Below, piece after piece: positions 13,273-26,096 of a DNA stretch of 64,000 nt; the first letter of the stretch is position 1, and every line of letters begins with the position of its first letter. Location of the stretch: NCBI GenBank assembly GCA_977030845.1, contig OZ365114.1:21328001-21392000 (forward strand), given 5' to 3'. The position numbers were made by a program, and so were the translations under genes. Source of the DNA: Fimbriosthenelais zetlandica. Its lineage: Eukaryota. The notes below the pieces were generated by a model that worked only from the letters and a program-made list of their open reading frames with translations, was not told where the DNA came from and ran no database searches.

Positions 13273-16200
13273 AATGAGAGAAGGCAAAGACTATTCAGTG
13301 TCCACTAGCACGAAGGGAGAGAGAGGGGGATGAAAGATTGGGCGAAAGTTTATATAGGCCTAATTATATGTATTGGAGGCATATTTCAAAATATACTATA
13401 GCCTCCCATAGCCATACACTCCCATCTACAAATTGTGAGATCTCTCATTTGAGTTGTATGTATTTGTCCTTTATCTATAAACCTCTAACGGACGCCAGGC
13501 CTGCTCTACGCATGCTCACCCATCACATCCCATGCATCTGCCTCACAGATCTATATTTCCTATTATGTCCTATTGTAGGAGGATTATTATATAATGCCTT
13601 TGTTGACCAGCACAGTGTATTGTATGACAGCAAACAGTAAATATCCATATTCCGATCCTTTCCTTCCCTACTCGTTGCATTCCATCCACAATAATCCTCC
13701 TAATGCTCTCCTACGCGGATTATACACAGCTTTTCTCTGATCCCGTGTGTCATACAACCCACATCCTAAACTTAGCATTCCTATCCCCGAATTAGAACAG
13801 TTTTACACGAATCAATTAATTTTTATGTAATGATTGCATCAATATATAATTTCTCCAAATTCTTAGCGATTTTCAGGATCTTTGTTCATTTGCTTTATCT
13901 ATCTGAATAAAGTTCATCAACATAATTTTGGCAAATTTGTACAAGGAAAGTAGATCGGGTAATTGGATTTCTCTTTGAGAAGACTTTGACTATAAGTTTG
14001 ATCCTTGTGTCTCAAACCCAGCTCTCCCTGAGCCTTGTCGTGCTTATTATGGTATACTTGTCCCCCGTGGGACCTCCCTTGGGAAACGTGGGGACCAGCT
14101 GTAGGTCCCCAAAGTGCCACAGTAGCGGACTTGGTGGACTTGAGCAGAGGAAGAGAAGGAAGGATTGAGAGGATAGGAGGAAATAGTTGTGGCCGGGGTA
14201 TAAACGTATTAGTTTGAACAGTGCTAGAAGGCGGACAATACCAAGGGGGGAATATGAATACAGAATGAGCCAGGATGAATGGAAACAGCCCCAGTCTGGC
14301 CCCATTCACTGCTCGCCTAAGACCGCAGCTTATCCACCCGCCTTTTGAATATCCTTTCTCCCCAATCCTCTCAGTAAACACGGACGCTGGAAATGGTGTT
14401 TATTCTACATTTCCATGACAACGCTACTTGTCTGACTACATGCCCATGCAAACTCTTGACCAATTTAGTTTTTCTTCCCCTTCCTCCATCCTCGCTTGCC
14501 GCCATGCTTGTCTGTTTTTGGGTGGGGGTGTAGTCTATGTGCTAAACGGAGAGTTGGGTTATCAAGCATGTTAATGCGTGAAATAAAGCTCCTCATCTCT
14601 CCTCCATACCTCTCTCTACTCCTGATGAATACCAGCCCCAAAAAGCTAACACTCCAAAAGGATTAAAAGCCCTTCTCCTTGTATCCACGTTTTCAGGAAT
14701 TAATTCATTATAACAAGAGCAATAGGCGCATGTTGGTATTAAGCTTTTCTCTCTTGCCCAGTCCATTTGCTTTATTGGAAATAGCATTACCAGATGCAGA
14801 ACGTGCCTGGAAATGTTTCTTATTCAATCCGGTATTAGGAATTTCAATTAGAGTATAACCAACTTCAATTTGATTACTCCAACTTCAACATTTCCAAGTG
14901 GAAGTTATTAATACATTTTTGAATTTTTTTCCCCTGCCGTTGTGCATCATTATGAGCAATAGTATGGAGGATTGGTGAATGCGTGCATTAGGTGGTAGTG
15001 TGTAATAACATTGGGAGCTTGCCCCTGGGAATCTCTCATAGTACAGGTAATTTGGTCAGCGTTCGTTGTGAAACTGTTACAGAAGCTGGCGATTCATTAG
15101 TGGTCTTCGTTATGATAAGGTTACTTTAGAGTGTCACTGTGTCACGAACCAGTAATTCCGCAATTGCGTAGTGACAACCTGTGATTGACCTTGAGTGGTC
15201 AAACATACGGACCCCTGGGGCACAAGTTCCTCATGAGGTACTCAAGTAAAACGACACTCTACTAAAAAAAAATCTTATTAAAATTAGCCATCATTAAATT
15301 AGATGTTTTCCTCGCGATATGTTTGACGGAAGATTTTCTTCGTGAAATTGTGCTGGAAAGTCATGGCTGAAAACCTCATTGGATGTGCTGGTTCTGGAAT
15401 GACATCGTTTAAGTTGTTGGGGTCGCTAATGATTTACTATGTAACAAGGTGTTGTCTCCATTGTTACGGGATTATGTAATCTACCCCACCTGTCAGACCG
15501 CTGGGGCTGGGTTTCCATCCTAAAGCAGAAACTAGTAGCCCATATATGGAAAGGTGGCATTAGGTAATTGTAGTAACCCGACTATAGGTTATTCCCACGC
15601 TCGTAACGACCCCTGGTGGGCGGGTGAGATATGGCAGGTTGCGGAATATGGGGGCATGCCTCCTCAGGCATATGAGAATTAAAAGAAATATTTGTTTCTA
15701 ATGACATCTCCAACTAAAATTTTTCTCCAAAGATACTTTTTGAAATGGAAAAACTCATGTCGTAATTGAATTTTCTGTTATTCTTTTCACCTAACCTAAT
15801 TAAGTTCCAAGTAGGCCTATGGAATTGAATGAAGTATCAGGAAATTGATATGTCCCCATATTTTTCTTCAATCGTTTCTTTAGTTGCTACTATAAACATC
15901 AAGTATATTGATCCTTTCTTGGCCTCAGGACCCCTTAAATCTAATTTGCTTCTCAATATACTCAAAGCAGTTGTGAACATAAGTAGTTGACAAGCTCCTG
16001 TGCACTGACTGCCATTGTATGTGTTTCAAAAGTTGCACTCGGATATGTCATTCAGATGTAAACTTTAAAAATAATTTCTGTTTATATTTGCCACAATTGG
16101 TCTCTTGTCATACATACAATGATGCTTCTGCCTCCCTTTTTGCTGCCCTTTCCCCCAGTTTTATGAGACAGGTCGTCACGATGCCTGATTCCCCCATGTC

Positions 16201-19200
16201 TTATATCTATAGACTTAGAGGTGCTCTTAAAGCGGATTCATTCATGATATTAGATCGAGGGACATGCATCTTAAGTGAAACGTTACAATTTTTATATATT
16301 GCAACGACAGGTGCAATTTGGAAAATAAGGAAGACGATGATGAAGAATTAGGATGACCTATAGTGATTAGTCGAGCCTTCTCATCATCTGGCAATGGCCA
16401 TCCAACGCTTCCTTCCTACTCGGGGGAATATTTGCAACTAATCAGCATTGCGGCCTCTCAGGGTCAATAATGCCAGCAATATGATGTGACCCATTACTAC
16501 AACACTCCCATAAAGCCTAGGGACCCTCCCCCAGACTATACAATATTGCATACATGATGATCAGATTAGAAATGGGAGAAAATTGACTCTGCTTTTACCA
16601 ATAACTCCTGGTGCGATTGATCCTAGAGCTGAAATTGTTGTTGCCACTTAATCAGTGTAATTATGAAGTTGATTTCCTTCAGGATATAAATTTAAACTGT
16701 TCCAGGATTAAGTCGCTTGATGGTGGGGAAGTTAATGAGCATGGAGAGGTAGGAATGAGGAGGGGGAGGGGAGGGGTAGGCAGAGTGTCAGACCATTGTC
16801 TAGCTAACAATGACTTGGGAAAGTGAATCTCTGGGGCCAGGGGACTGATTGACACGACTGGCACTGCCTGGAATTGGACGTGCATAAATCAGGCGGGCTT
16901 TAGAGGGCCATGGACACTGGCGACCGCGATGATACGTGGATAGAAAATAAGGTACCGTGATCAGGATAACTGATACTGCCCTGTACTGGGGTACTTCATC
17001 TGAGACATATACATGTATGTCTAATTATTAGTACCAAGGACTGAATACTCGGACTCATCTTGTTGGATGATGCCAGTTATACAGTTGCAATGTGCAATAT
17101 ATTCCATGCAATTTGATTTCAAAATAAAATTCCTTGGTCAGTGCATTGGTTGGTCAATCTCTAATTCATTGGGCATTTATTTAAAGCCATTATAAATGAT
17201 GACAAAGCCTCTCTTATGAGCCATTTGTTATCATATCTATAGGAGGAGGGGTTGGTGTATTCAATCTATTATTTTCATCTCGACCCTGGGAGTGATTAGA
17301 TCAGTATTTCTGTTGACCGCTGTGCTAGCTTTTCTTAAAGATCAATTAAGCATGGAGTACCCAACTAGCTACAACTCTGCATAACACCCAATGAATGATA
17401 GATACAAATCCCAACCTCAGCCTGAACAATGTCCCAGGTCCCTACACTAACTTATACATGACATCATTCGGTTGTGACCAAGCTTCAAATCTCGCCTAAC
17501 TAATTTTCTCGCCCTTCTAAACATGGGCAAATTTAAATATGCAGTGTTCGGTGGAATTCCCCGATAGCAAATCGTGAGTGGGTCCTTCTGAGGGAATATT
17601 TAAATAACGTTATGTGTAATATGTTTGTAATAGTACAGAATTGCCCAGGACTGATATTTATAAATCATATTTTTTTCTCTTTGGTCGTATTGCTTATTGT
17701 GGGGTAACTGGTGCTAGTACTCATTTGAAATTAGGTTTTTCAACTTGAGTGTACCCAAGTACATGTTCTTAACGATTTGGTATGTTGTAGGTACATGACT
17801 GATTGGAATTCGACAGTAAAATGTCAAATAGGACTATATCGTCCAATATACCCTGAATAGAATTGGGCAGGTAATAGATTTGCTGTTAAAAGTGCAAGAT
17901 AAAAATGTGAAAATTGAAATTTATGTGTGATAATATAAAGATATATGAGGAAACCAGCATATCAAATAATCAATGGTGAGAATTAGTGAAGGATTTGTTG
18001 CCTATTTTCTGCTGTGGTGCACCATAGAAGCACACAAGTCAATGATATTTTGATGATTGTGGTTTTGTACTTTAGAATCAATGAGGGCGCTCTCCATACA
18101 CCTGACATGCATTGGCTAAGCCTCTTGTCAATAGGCTGGGCATTAATAAACCATATTGGACTGATCACTTTAGTGCACACGCTAATCACTCATATAGCTC
18201 CCATTATATTCCCCTGGCTCGGCTATTAAAATGGGCAGCCAGCCACCATCCAACCCCCAACCACTGCACTTCTGACATTAGTAAATTAAAATGGTTGCCT
18301 TTCCATCAAGCTCTACTCTGCTGTGACTTTATTTCCTTCCCCCGGGTCCGGAGGCCAGTCTTTTAAAGAGCAATGAAGCGTGAAAAACCCAATCGTGAAA
18401 TGACAGGTCGCCGGCATTAATGTGAATCATCTGGGACATAAGGTGGGACTGAGAGAGACTCACCTGAGCTGAGCGGCCGACCGTATCCCGCAGATAGCCA
18501 ACTGCTGATTATCTCCATAGCCTCAAGGGGGCGGGAGGCACACCTTATTGCTCTCCCAATATTCACGGTTGTCTATTTTTTGCAGTTTCCTCCTAAAAAA
18601 CAACATTTATAAACATGTCAAATCTATACTGTCAATATACTATTATATACGATTTTTGTATATAATTGTTCAGATGTATTACAAATTGTGTGGCTTCCTC
18701 TTTAACAATATGGACGCAAAAAATTCAAGGTTGACTCTTGATAAAGGAGGGAGGTTTGTCCATGCGGTCCCATCGTATCATATTAATATAGACATTATGA
18801 GTGGGAATAAATCAGTCTAACATATCTGCTCCCGCGCCATTATCAACATATGGCTGTGTAATTCGATATTTATGGCCTCAACGCTCGTTTTCAATCATTG
18901 GAAGAGCAAGAAATTAAAGAAGGCCTTCCCTATTATACGAAAAAGGCGATTATGAAAAGTTAAATTAGTGTTCAGACTTACAGAAAAGTAATGGTGTGTT
19001 GTTCACCCCCAAAAAATGACCATCTGCTTTAAAATATGGAATTGGACAAAAATGAAAATAATTGTACTGTTGATGTTTTTGTTGGTTTTCTGGTGGCTTT
19101 CTTTATTGTTTGCAAATGTCTCTGACTTATTGGGATTTGGGTGTCAACTTTACCATTCCCATTGACTGGAAATAAATTGGCCAAGATTTGGTAATAATGT

Positions 19201-20819
19201 GTATAATTACTGTCTATGGCTTTTATAAGTCTAGACCATAAAGCCAGAAAAATATAGAGGTCTCCATATTATGTTACCATTACATATCTATATGTCTACC
19301 CTCGTATTTAGATGAGAGGAACAATAATCCCCCATGATGGAAACCAACTGTTACCTTGGTAACTTGGCTTTGTGCCAGAGTTGTGACTTAATCTACAATA
19401 TACCAGCATGGAAGTAAGCAGCCCCCATATACCAGCCAGGTGTCACATCCTAAGCTTAGATCACATCACCACGCATCCATCTTATAGCCGAGTATATCGA
19501 TGATATCGATAAAACGTGATGGATCCTTCTACAGCCCAAACGATCACTATTCACACCTGCATCAAGTCCAATTAACCAAGCATTTAATAATATATCATAA
19601 TCTATATGGGTCGTGTCTATAATTATGCACCGACATTTTCTTTATTGTCAGCTTATGGATTTTTGTGACTGCCAAAATAAATGGCATTCTAAAATATTTT
19701 CGTGATGAATTTGGCTTAGGTTCAGCTTTGAAATCCAACCAAGTTAAAGGGACATTGGTTTTCAAAGGTGGTAATTTTCATGGAATCCATTTCCATGCTT
19801 GGCATTTGACAGCTCCAGACTGTTTTCTGACCATACTGACATGTTTTTTCTGCACCCACGTGAGGCTGGTTATTTTAATATTTACCTCCTGGCGGCAGTG
19901 CTATAATTCACACTGTACTGTATTAACCAATGACTCCAGTGTCTGTGCCCGGGTCTATAAAATATCACCTCTCACTGCTGGTGGAATAGAGGAGGGTGGC
20001 TTGGCAGGCAAGGCTGTTATTATATGCAATGTCAATGGCTGGAGGGCCAGACAAGAGAGGGATCCAACGGAGGCAGAGGGTCTATCAGGGGATCCAGTCT
20101 GCCCACCCCTCCTCCTGTCTGTCTGCCGGAGTGTGATTGTTGAACCAGAACTTGGCTCTATGTATGTGTATAGCCACTCCACAAGGCTTGTGTTTAAAGC
20201 ATTGTACCAGGATCTAACCCTGGATCCATGCCAGACAAAGATCAAACTCTCAACCCCGCAATTGTTGACACCATTCTATTGTCACCCCCTCATTTCATTT
20301 AGTTTCATCATTGTTACCCAATCCAATGGCAGACCCGTGCAGATATCTCTTCTCATATAGACACTGTTGCCAAATGGCAGGAACCAACTCCTCATTGAAG
20401 GACAAGGGCAGAAAAAAGCAATGTAGCACTATTCACCCCAAATATACATGCTCCTTCATATTTTTCATGATTTTACACCTTTCCATTGGCCCTGGCCCAA
20501 CGGAACAAAGTCCATTCTCCTTGTATCCATACATGTTTCGCGGGTGCAAATATTATCAGATTTCGTCAAATAGAAAGCTTGGGATGATTATAATAATGAA
20601 GAGGCCTGTTATACGCATGTCCTGCAGGCTTGTGTTCCGCTGGCCACGTTTGGCCGCGCCAAGTTCCGCCCACCCATTAGCTTACTTTTAATCTCCCAGC
20701 TCCCCTACTGCTTTCCCTCTCCCAAGTCTGTCCTTTGCAATTACATGACCAACCCCTGCAAGCAAGCAAGCCTTTCATGTGCTACCATTATATACTTAGG
20801 ATTAAATATAAACCACATT

Positions 20820-20868
20820 AGGAAAGAAAAAAGAGGGGGAAAGGGAAAAAGGAAAGGGGAGGGAGGGG
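20820..20868 (+). repeat. Uninterrupted polypurine tract (49 nt)
   Basis: aggaaagaaaaaagagggggaaagggaaaaaggaaaggggagggagggg contains only A and G. Confidence 0.9.
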
Positions 20869-23521
20869 TTGTTGGCTAGCACACCGTGTGTTGAGGTGAA
20901 GGTGAGGGAGGGCCATGTTGAGAGTAGTGGTGAGCTAATGGGGGATGGGGAGGCGGGGTTATTAGGGTGAAAGATTAAAACCTCCATCCCGACACATCTC
21001 TTTACTTTTAATTGGAATAAAAATGACTTTACTTTTCAAATTAAATCAGAACTTCATTTGTTGCTCGGATGAGGAAAACATGTCACAACTTATGGGACTC
21101 GGGACGTAAATTTGATCAAATCTAAATCAAAATCTTCTTTATTTGAGATATGGTTTTTGTGGGCAAATAATAGTTCTTTGAATCTCAAGCCAACATTTAC
21201 CCTTCATCATCATTATATAAGTGACTTCCATGTGTTGCTGTGTGAACCTGGCGCATCGTTTCTCTCTATATAGAGACATGCAGCAGGTTGTGCATTGAGT
21301 CCTATTCAACCCTCAATGACTTCACTTCAATGTCCCACACAATGCTTGATAATGCGCTCAAATATACCTTACCATTGTCTACCAGATATGGTCGTCCACG
21401 TGTGCTTCCCCCCAGATGTTACACATTGTCAGTAATGGTAACACTGCTTATTCCCCTGATTTATGATCCCATACATTGATATCGTTTGTACGCGGCTGAT
21501 CAGCATCTTTGAAACTGAATCTCACTTAATAAGCAGAGAGTCAAGTTTTAATGATGGTGGGGATAATGATGATTGTGAAGCCAAATGCTGGGTCTGTTAT
21601 TTGATCTCCCTCGCCCTTCATAACTTAAGTATTGTCCCAAAACTACGAGGAATATTGTTCTTCAATATATCGACAGAAAAAGAGAGACTTTAATTCCTCT
21701 CTCAAGTGTATATGACCATTCTGTATTTTGACAGTTATAAAATTACGGTGAATAATGATTCGATTATGGATTATTTTCTAGTATATCATAGTTTCTATGG
21801 ACAATTCCCAGTACACTCATATTTAACCGATTAGTTTCTAAATATATTCATAATTTCATTTATTGGAGGTAATTTGATTAAACTAAAATTTATTGAGATG
21901 GAATTGGAGGCGGGGAATGTTTGTAAATTGAATGAGATGTTACCTTAACAGCTGGACCATTAGTGGGCACTGATGGTAACACAGATCTGCACCTGGTGGT
22001 GCCCCCTGGCCCTGAGGCCAGCTTTAACATTGTCAAAGTCAATGTCATCATTCACAAATAATGACAAAAACTACAAAGTCAACTTGGTCATTGTATAAAC
22101 GTAATAAAAGGTTGGGTTAAGTAAGTGCTTCTGTCATTTTCTGGTGTATGTAAAAGGGAAATAAAGATTTATAAGCGTCCACGTTATGATGGGAAGGGTG
22201 CGATGCGACGACATTTGCATAATGTAAGTTATTTAAAACGTGTAGTGTACCAATGCCCTAAGGGATCACTCTATAGATTTTTACTCAATGCTTTACATCT
22301 CATTTTTATGTGAGATTTGATCTTTAAATACATATAGAAATGCTTTAAGGTTATGAGTAAGAAATGAGAAAAAATGATTAGAGAATTGTAACTAACGCCA
22401 TCTGAAGTCCATGGGGCCTTGCGGCAGGACATTGTTAGTTAGATCCATGTTTCCCCCACACTTGTTAACTTATCACCTCGTAATGAGTGTACAGTTTTTA
22501 CCTCTAGGCTCCACCTTGTTACCGGCTTGTTATACTTGTCAGAATGTACCACCTTGTCAACAGTAAAGCCAGGCCTAAGGGGGTGGGGTAGGAGATGGGG
22601 AGGGAACCAGTTGTCAAGGGTATTTAGCAGGCAAACTGGGTGAGGAGGCAGCCAAAAACATCACAGAATCTCGTAATGGGCCTAAATGGTCCGAGACATA
22701 TGGCGCGACACCCCCACGGGCCAAGATGTGTGAAAATGGAAAGCTCGGGGGGACGCAGCCCCCGGAAACTTCAAAAAGCTAGAGACAAAAGGGCGAGAGG
22801 AGAAACTTATGGGATGGATCAATGAATAGGAACGTGTAATGATCTAATGGGTTAGGGCGGGGGTCCCCTCTCTAATATGGCCATGCCGCCTGGTGCCCCA
22901 TGGGAACCCGGACTGTCTCTATCAATGTGCCACCATTTCATTATCTCAATTGTTCCTTTAATCTAATGTCTGTTATCACTCCGGGATGATGTCCTGTTAC
23001 TCTACTATTCACCGACATTTAATTGATGGCAACCTGCAATTTCCATTAGGTAGAGTCTGCTTCTGGTGCATAATTTATGTTCAATTTCCATGAAGATGAT
23101 ATAGATCATAAAGCGTCAAAGTGACAAGTGTGCAAGTTCCAAGTTTGAAAAATCATTTACAAGTTATGCATAAAATATGGCGCAATTTTCTGATTGTTGA
23201 TGCAGCGGGATCCGTTCAGTCAAAACCGAATTGATGCTTTTAGGAATAAAATGATGAAAGCCCTTTTGTAGTGAGCCGCGCCCTTTAGAAATTCCAGGTG
23301 TTATCATTTGAAGTCATTTGCCTTTTTTTCATTTCAAACTCTCCAGATTTCCACTGCTCATGAAGTTTCCGGCCTATTTCCATGCCTAAAAATGCATGTG
23401 GAAAGTCCATATCCCACTTGAATTGCTAACATGAATTGCCCATTGTTTCCAGGATTTTAGCAGACAGTGCCGCGCAGTTTATCAGCAATACCTCAGTTAT
23501 CAAGTCAAGTCATTAAGATGG

Positions 23522-23552
23522 ATTTTTCATGGGTTTTTCTCTCTATTTACAG
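23522..23552 (+). promoter_or_regulatory. 3' splice acceptor of the MPDU1 terminal exon
   Basis: atttttcatgggtttttctctctatttacAG immediately precedes the point where MPDU1 similarity begins. Confidence 0.8.
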
Positions 23553-23813
23553 ATGCTGCAGGTGTATGAGAACTATAAGAATGGCAGTACAGGACAGCTC
23601 TCGGCGGTGACGGCCACCATGCTGTGGGCAGGCTCGCTGGCCCGCGTCTTTACGTCATGGCAGGAGACGGGTGACATTACCGTTATCATGGTCTACGCCA
23701 GTAGCAACTTCTGCAACACCATCATCCTAGGCCAAATACTTTACTACTGGAACACCACCAAGCCCGCCAAAACTCCAAAGGGGAAGTCGAAGGGGAAGAA
23801 AAAGGCGAATTAG
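23553..23813 (+). CDS. MPDU1: Terminal coding exon of an MPDU1/Lec35-like PQ-loop membrane protein (second PQ-loop and C-terminus, 86 aa)
   Basis: Translation MLQVYENYKNGSTGQLSAVTATMLWAGSLARVFTSWQETGD...QILYYWN...KGKKKAN* matches the MPDU1 signature NY.NG.TGQLSA.T...GSLAR.FTS.QETGD...Q...YWN. It ends in a KKXX ER-retrieval motif (KKAN). It is preceded by a pyrimidine tract and AG (23551-23552, phase 0) and ends in a double stop TAGTAG. The ORF-track start at 23529 is intronic. Confidence 0.92.
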   Translation: MLQVYENYKNGSTGQLSAVTATMLWAGSLARVFTSWQETGDITVIMVYASSNFCNTIILGQILYYWNTTKPAKTPKGKSKGKKKAN

Positions 23814-24331
23814 TAGGATTTCCTCTGGCTAAATGATGACATTCCCTGTTGGCATCATCTCAATATATTAGTACTCGTGTGGTGTGTGTTTATTCTGAAA
23901 TTTAGTGGTGTGTATTTCGAACTATTTTAGGCATAATATTCTGTATGATTTTACTACATTTTCTTTTCGTTTCTATTAACTAGAAGACTTAAGTGTTCGA
24001 TGTTGTAAGATCTACATTGGTGGACCTACGGGACATTATAGGTAGTAAAATAAGTTCGCTTCAGAAAGTAAATGTGAACATTTCAAAACTTCATTTTATG
24101 AGTGTGCATTATAGTCATCTTACAGAATGTCTCAACTGATGATAGACCAATAATATCTGTATATTACTGGGATCTCCATCTACATGTATATATCGGTTTT
24201 ATACATATGTGATTTCCTGTCAAAGAATTGTCTTGGGGGTACCCCAAGTCACCAACACCGAAATTCATATAGACCACCTATTCTAGATCACCCTGTAAAA
24301 ACTAAAGTGTGATATCTGACAAGAGGATTGT

Positions 24332-24337
24332 AATAAA
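24332..24337 (+). terminator. Candidate polyadenylation signal (AATAAA) for MPDU1
   Basis: First AATAAA I found after the stop, about 520 nt downstream. Further AATAAA at 24693 and 24704. The hexamer is common in AT-rich DNA. Confidence 0.3.
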
Positions 24338-24920
24338 GTACATGTATACCCCTTGAGGGGCAGTAGCCGCGGTATTACAGTTTTATTTATCGTTACATCC
24401 ATATTAATGTGCAGCACATTAATTATAGATAATATGGATGATTACCAGATGAAAATGTACATGCTACAGATGTAAATAACCCGAGTACAAATGTATTAAC
24501 GATGGTTGTGAAAAGAACTATATGACAGGGATTGACTAAGGTATAATTAGACGTCACAAATCTATCTAGATCACAATGGCAGCAGCCTAAATAGAGTCAC
24601 TGGTCAGTGATAGGAATACACACGTATCTGTATATAACGATATGACATGGTATTCTGTAGAACTTCCTGTATAATTGTTCAAATGTGGAGATAATAAAAG
24701 AAGAATAAAAACTACCAACAATGAAGCTCATTTCATGGTTTGTCAGTTTGGCCCATTCATTGTATTTCTAAAATATGTTTACGATTTGACTAATAATAAA
24801 TAACTGTGTTGGAAATATCAAATTAAAAAAATATGGTAATTTTCCCAATCTGAAATGTATGTTATTTATGATTGGGGACTCGACTGAAACAAAGATAGGA
24901 TATTGGGCAGGCTCGAAGGA

Positions 24921-25152
24921 AAGGTCATTCATGTAGGAAAATAAAAGAAGGGGTCCGAGGATGGTACCCTGTGGGACCCCTGTCCTGGACATAAGAAGTT
25001 CCACAGGCAACTTTTCAAGCAATTAATTCTGTGTTCTGCCATTGAGATTGGTGTCTAACCGCGAGAGGGTACGTAGGTGGGAAGAGAGAAGTTTGTCAAA
25101 GTTTGGCTAGAAGTATGTTTGTTAGTCCATCAAAGGGCTTCTTAAAATCAAT
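24921..25152 (-). mobile_element. Degenerate non-LTR retrotransposon (CR1/L2-like LINE) reverse-transcriptase fragment
   Basis: The minus strand reads IDFKKPFD..TNILLAKL (25152-), then WLDTNLNGRTQ, then GVPQGTILGPLLLFSYMNDL (24980-24921). These match the RT motifs DFxKAFD..H.ILL.KL, W..SYL..R.Q and GVPQGSxLGPLLFxxYxNDL, about 56 codons apart end to end. There is a frameshift and a stop between motifs, and no intact YADD/FADD. Confidence 0.8.
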
Positions 25153-25874
25153 GTGCCTTTTTTCACATGACAATAGAATTGATCCCTATCTGGCCACTGG
25201 CTCTGTCTAGATTTACAAATATCTTTTTAAGCTTTCTCTGGATCTCATTATTAATGTAGAATCATATTAATTATTACCCGGAGTCGGTAAGAACTTGTAT
25301 AAAGTGGCCCAGATACGAATACCCATTGATCAAGCTGTAAATGAAACACAATCATCTGCCTGTCTCATATCCTCCATCATTTGTATGTATTATATTGAAT
25401 GAACATGTTGTTCTGCTATAAGAGAGCAAATCAGGTTCTGATAGAATCATTTGTTGGCTTTTGTACTAAATTTGAATGGTGAGGGGATATCAGTCTGGTA
25501 TTTAGATGGAATATTAGCCAACCATGGGTAAATTCAGGACATCGACTGTCGAAGAGATCTAGGCCCTATTCAGCCAAGAGAAAGTCGTACATTAATGTAG
25601 CTTTTGATACACTACTACAGTGCCTTGTTCAGAGTGGTATTATGATGTGTGGCGGAGGAAGGACCTAGATGTCAATTTATATAATGAACATGGCAATGAA
25701 CAAACATGGGTGAAATTGGTGATGTGGGCAAACTTGGTAGACATGGTTTAGATTGCTTCACTTTGAACCGTAGTCTTGAGTGAGATTTATTATAATGATC
25801 TGATATGTAAAGGAGTCTCCAAATGTTTCATTGCTCTTTCACAAGTGGATTGGTTGGCTACATACCAGAAACAT

Positions 25875-26096
25875 TCAGTCATGGTCGTCGTGCGTTTTAG
25901 CATCCTTAAACACATGCAATAGGTTTTTGTTAAACACAAATCCCCACCCATTTCCTTTGGGGCATAATTTACCATATGTGTCATTTGGGATTAATTTTAA
26001 TGGAATCTCAGTTGAAATGTTTAAAAGATGCCGGAAAAGGCAATGACAATGTGTGTGAGGAGGAGAAAAATGGACACCTGCTAAATCAACACCTAC
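25875..26096 (-). mobile_element. Probable decayed LTR-retrotransposon (Gypsy-like) integrase core fragment
   Basis: Frame reads PIVGVDLAG...STEIPLK...GWGFVF...HVFKDAKT, resembling the rve core (VGxDLxGP...EAIPLK...W..RFG.P..I.SDxG). The two Asp codons (26087 and 25904) are 61 residues apart, with a Trp 14 residues before the second. The intervening residues are poorly conserved. Confidence 0.4.

Noticed and set aside
14020-14075. LSLVVLIMVYLSPVGP, faintly like an MPDU1 transmembrane segment
   Set aside because: Does not continue into the LQ.SN.P motif and has no compatible splice sites.
15342-15446. VKLCWKVMAENL…GSLMIYYVT, faintly like the MPDU1 first PQ-loop exon
   Set aside because: Lacks PQ and FPF, has no acceptor at the right place, and lies downstream of the other look-alike (wrong order).
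23833-23898. ATGATGA…CTGA: C/D box snoRNA in the MPDU1 3' region
   Set aside because: Weak terminal stem, exonic (UTR) location, and no recognisable rRNA antisense element.
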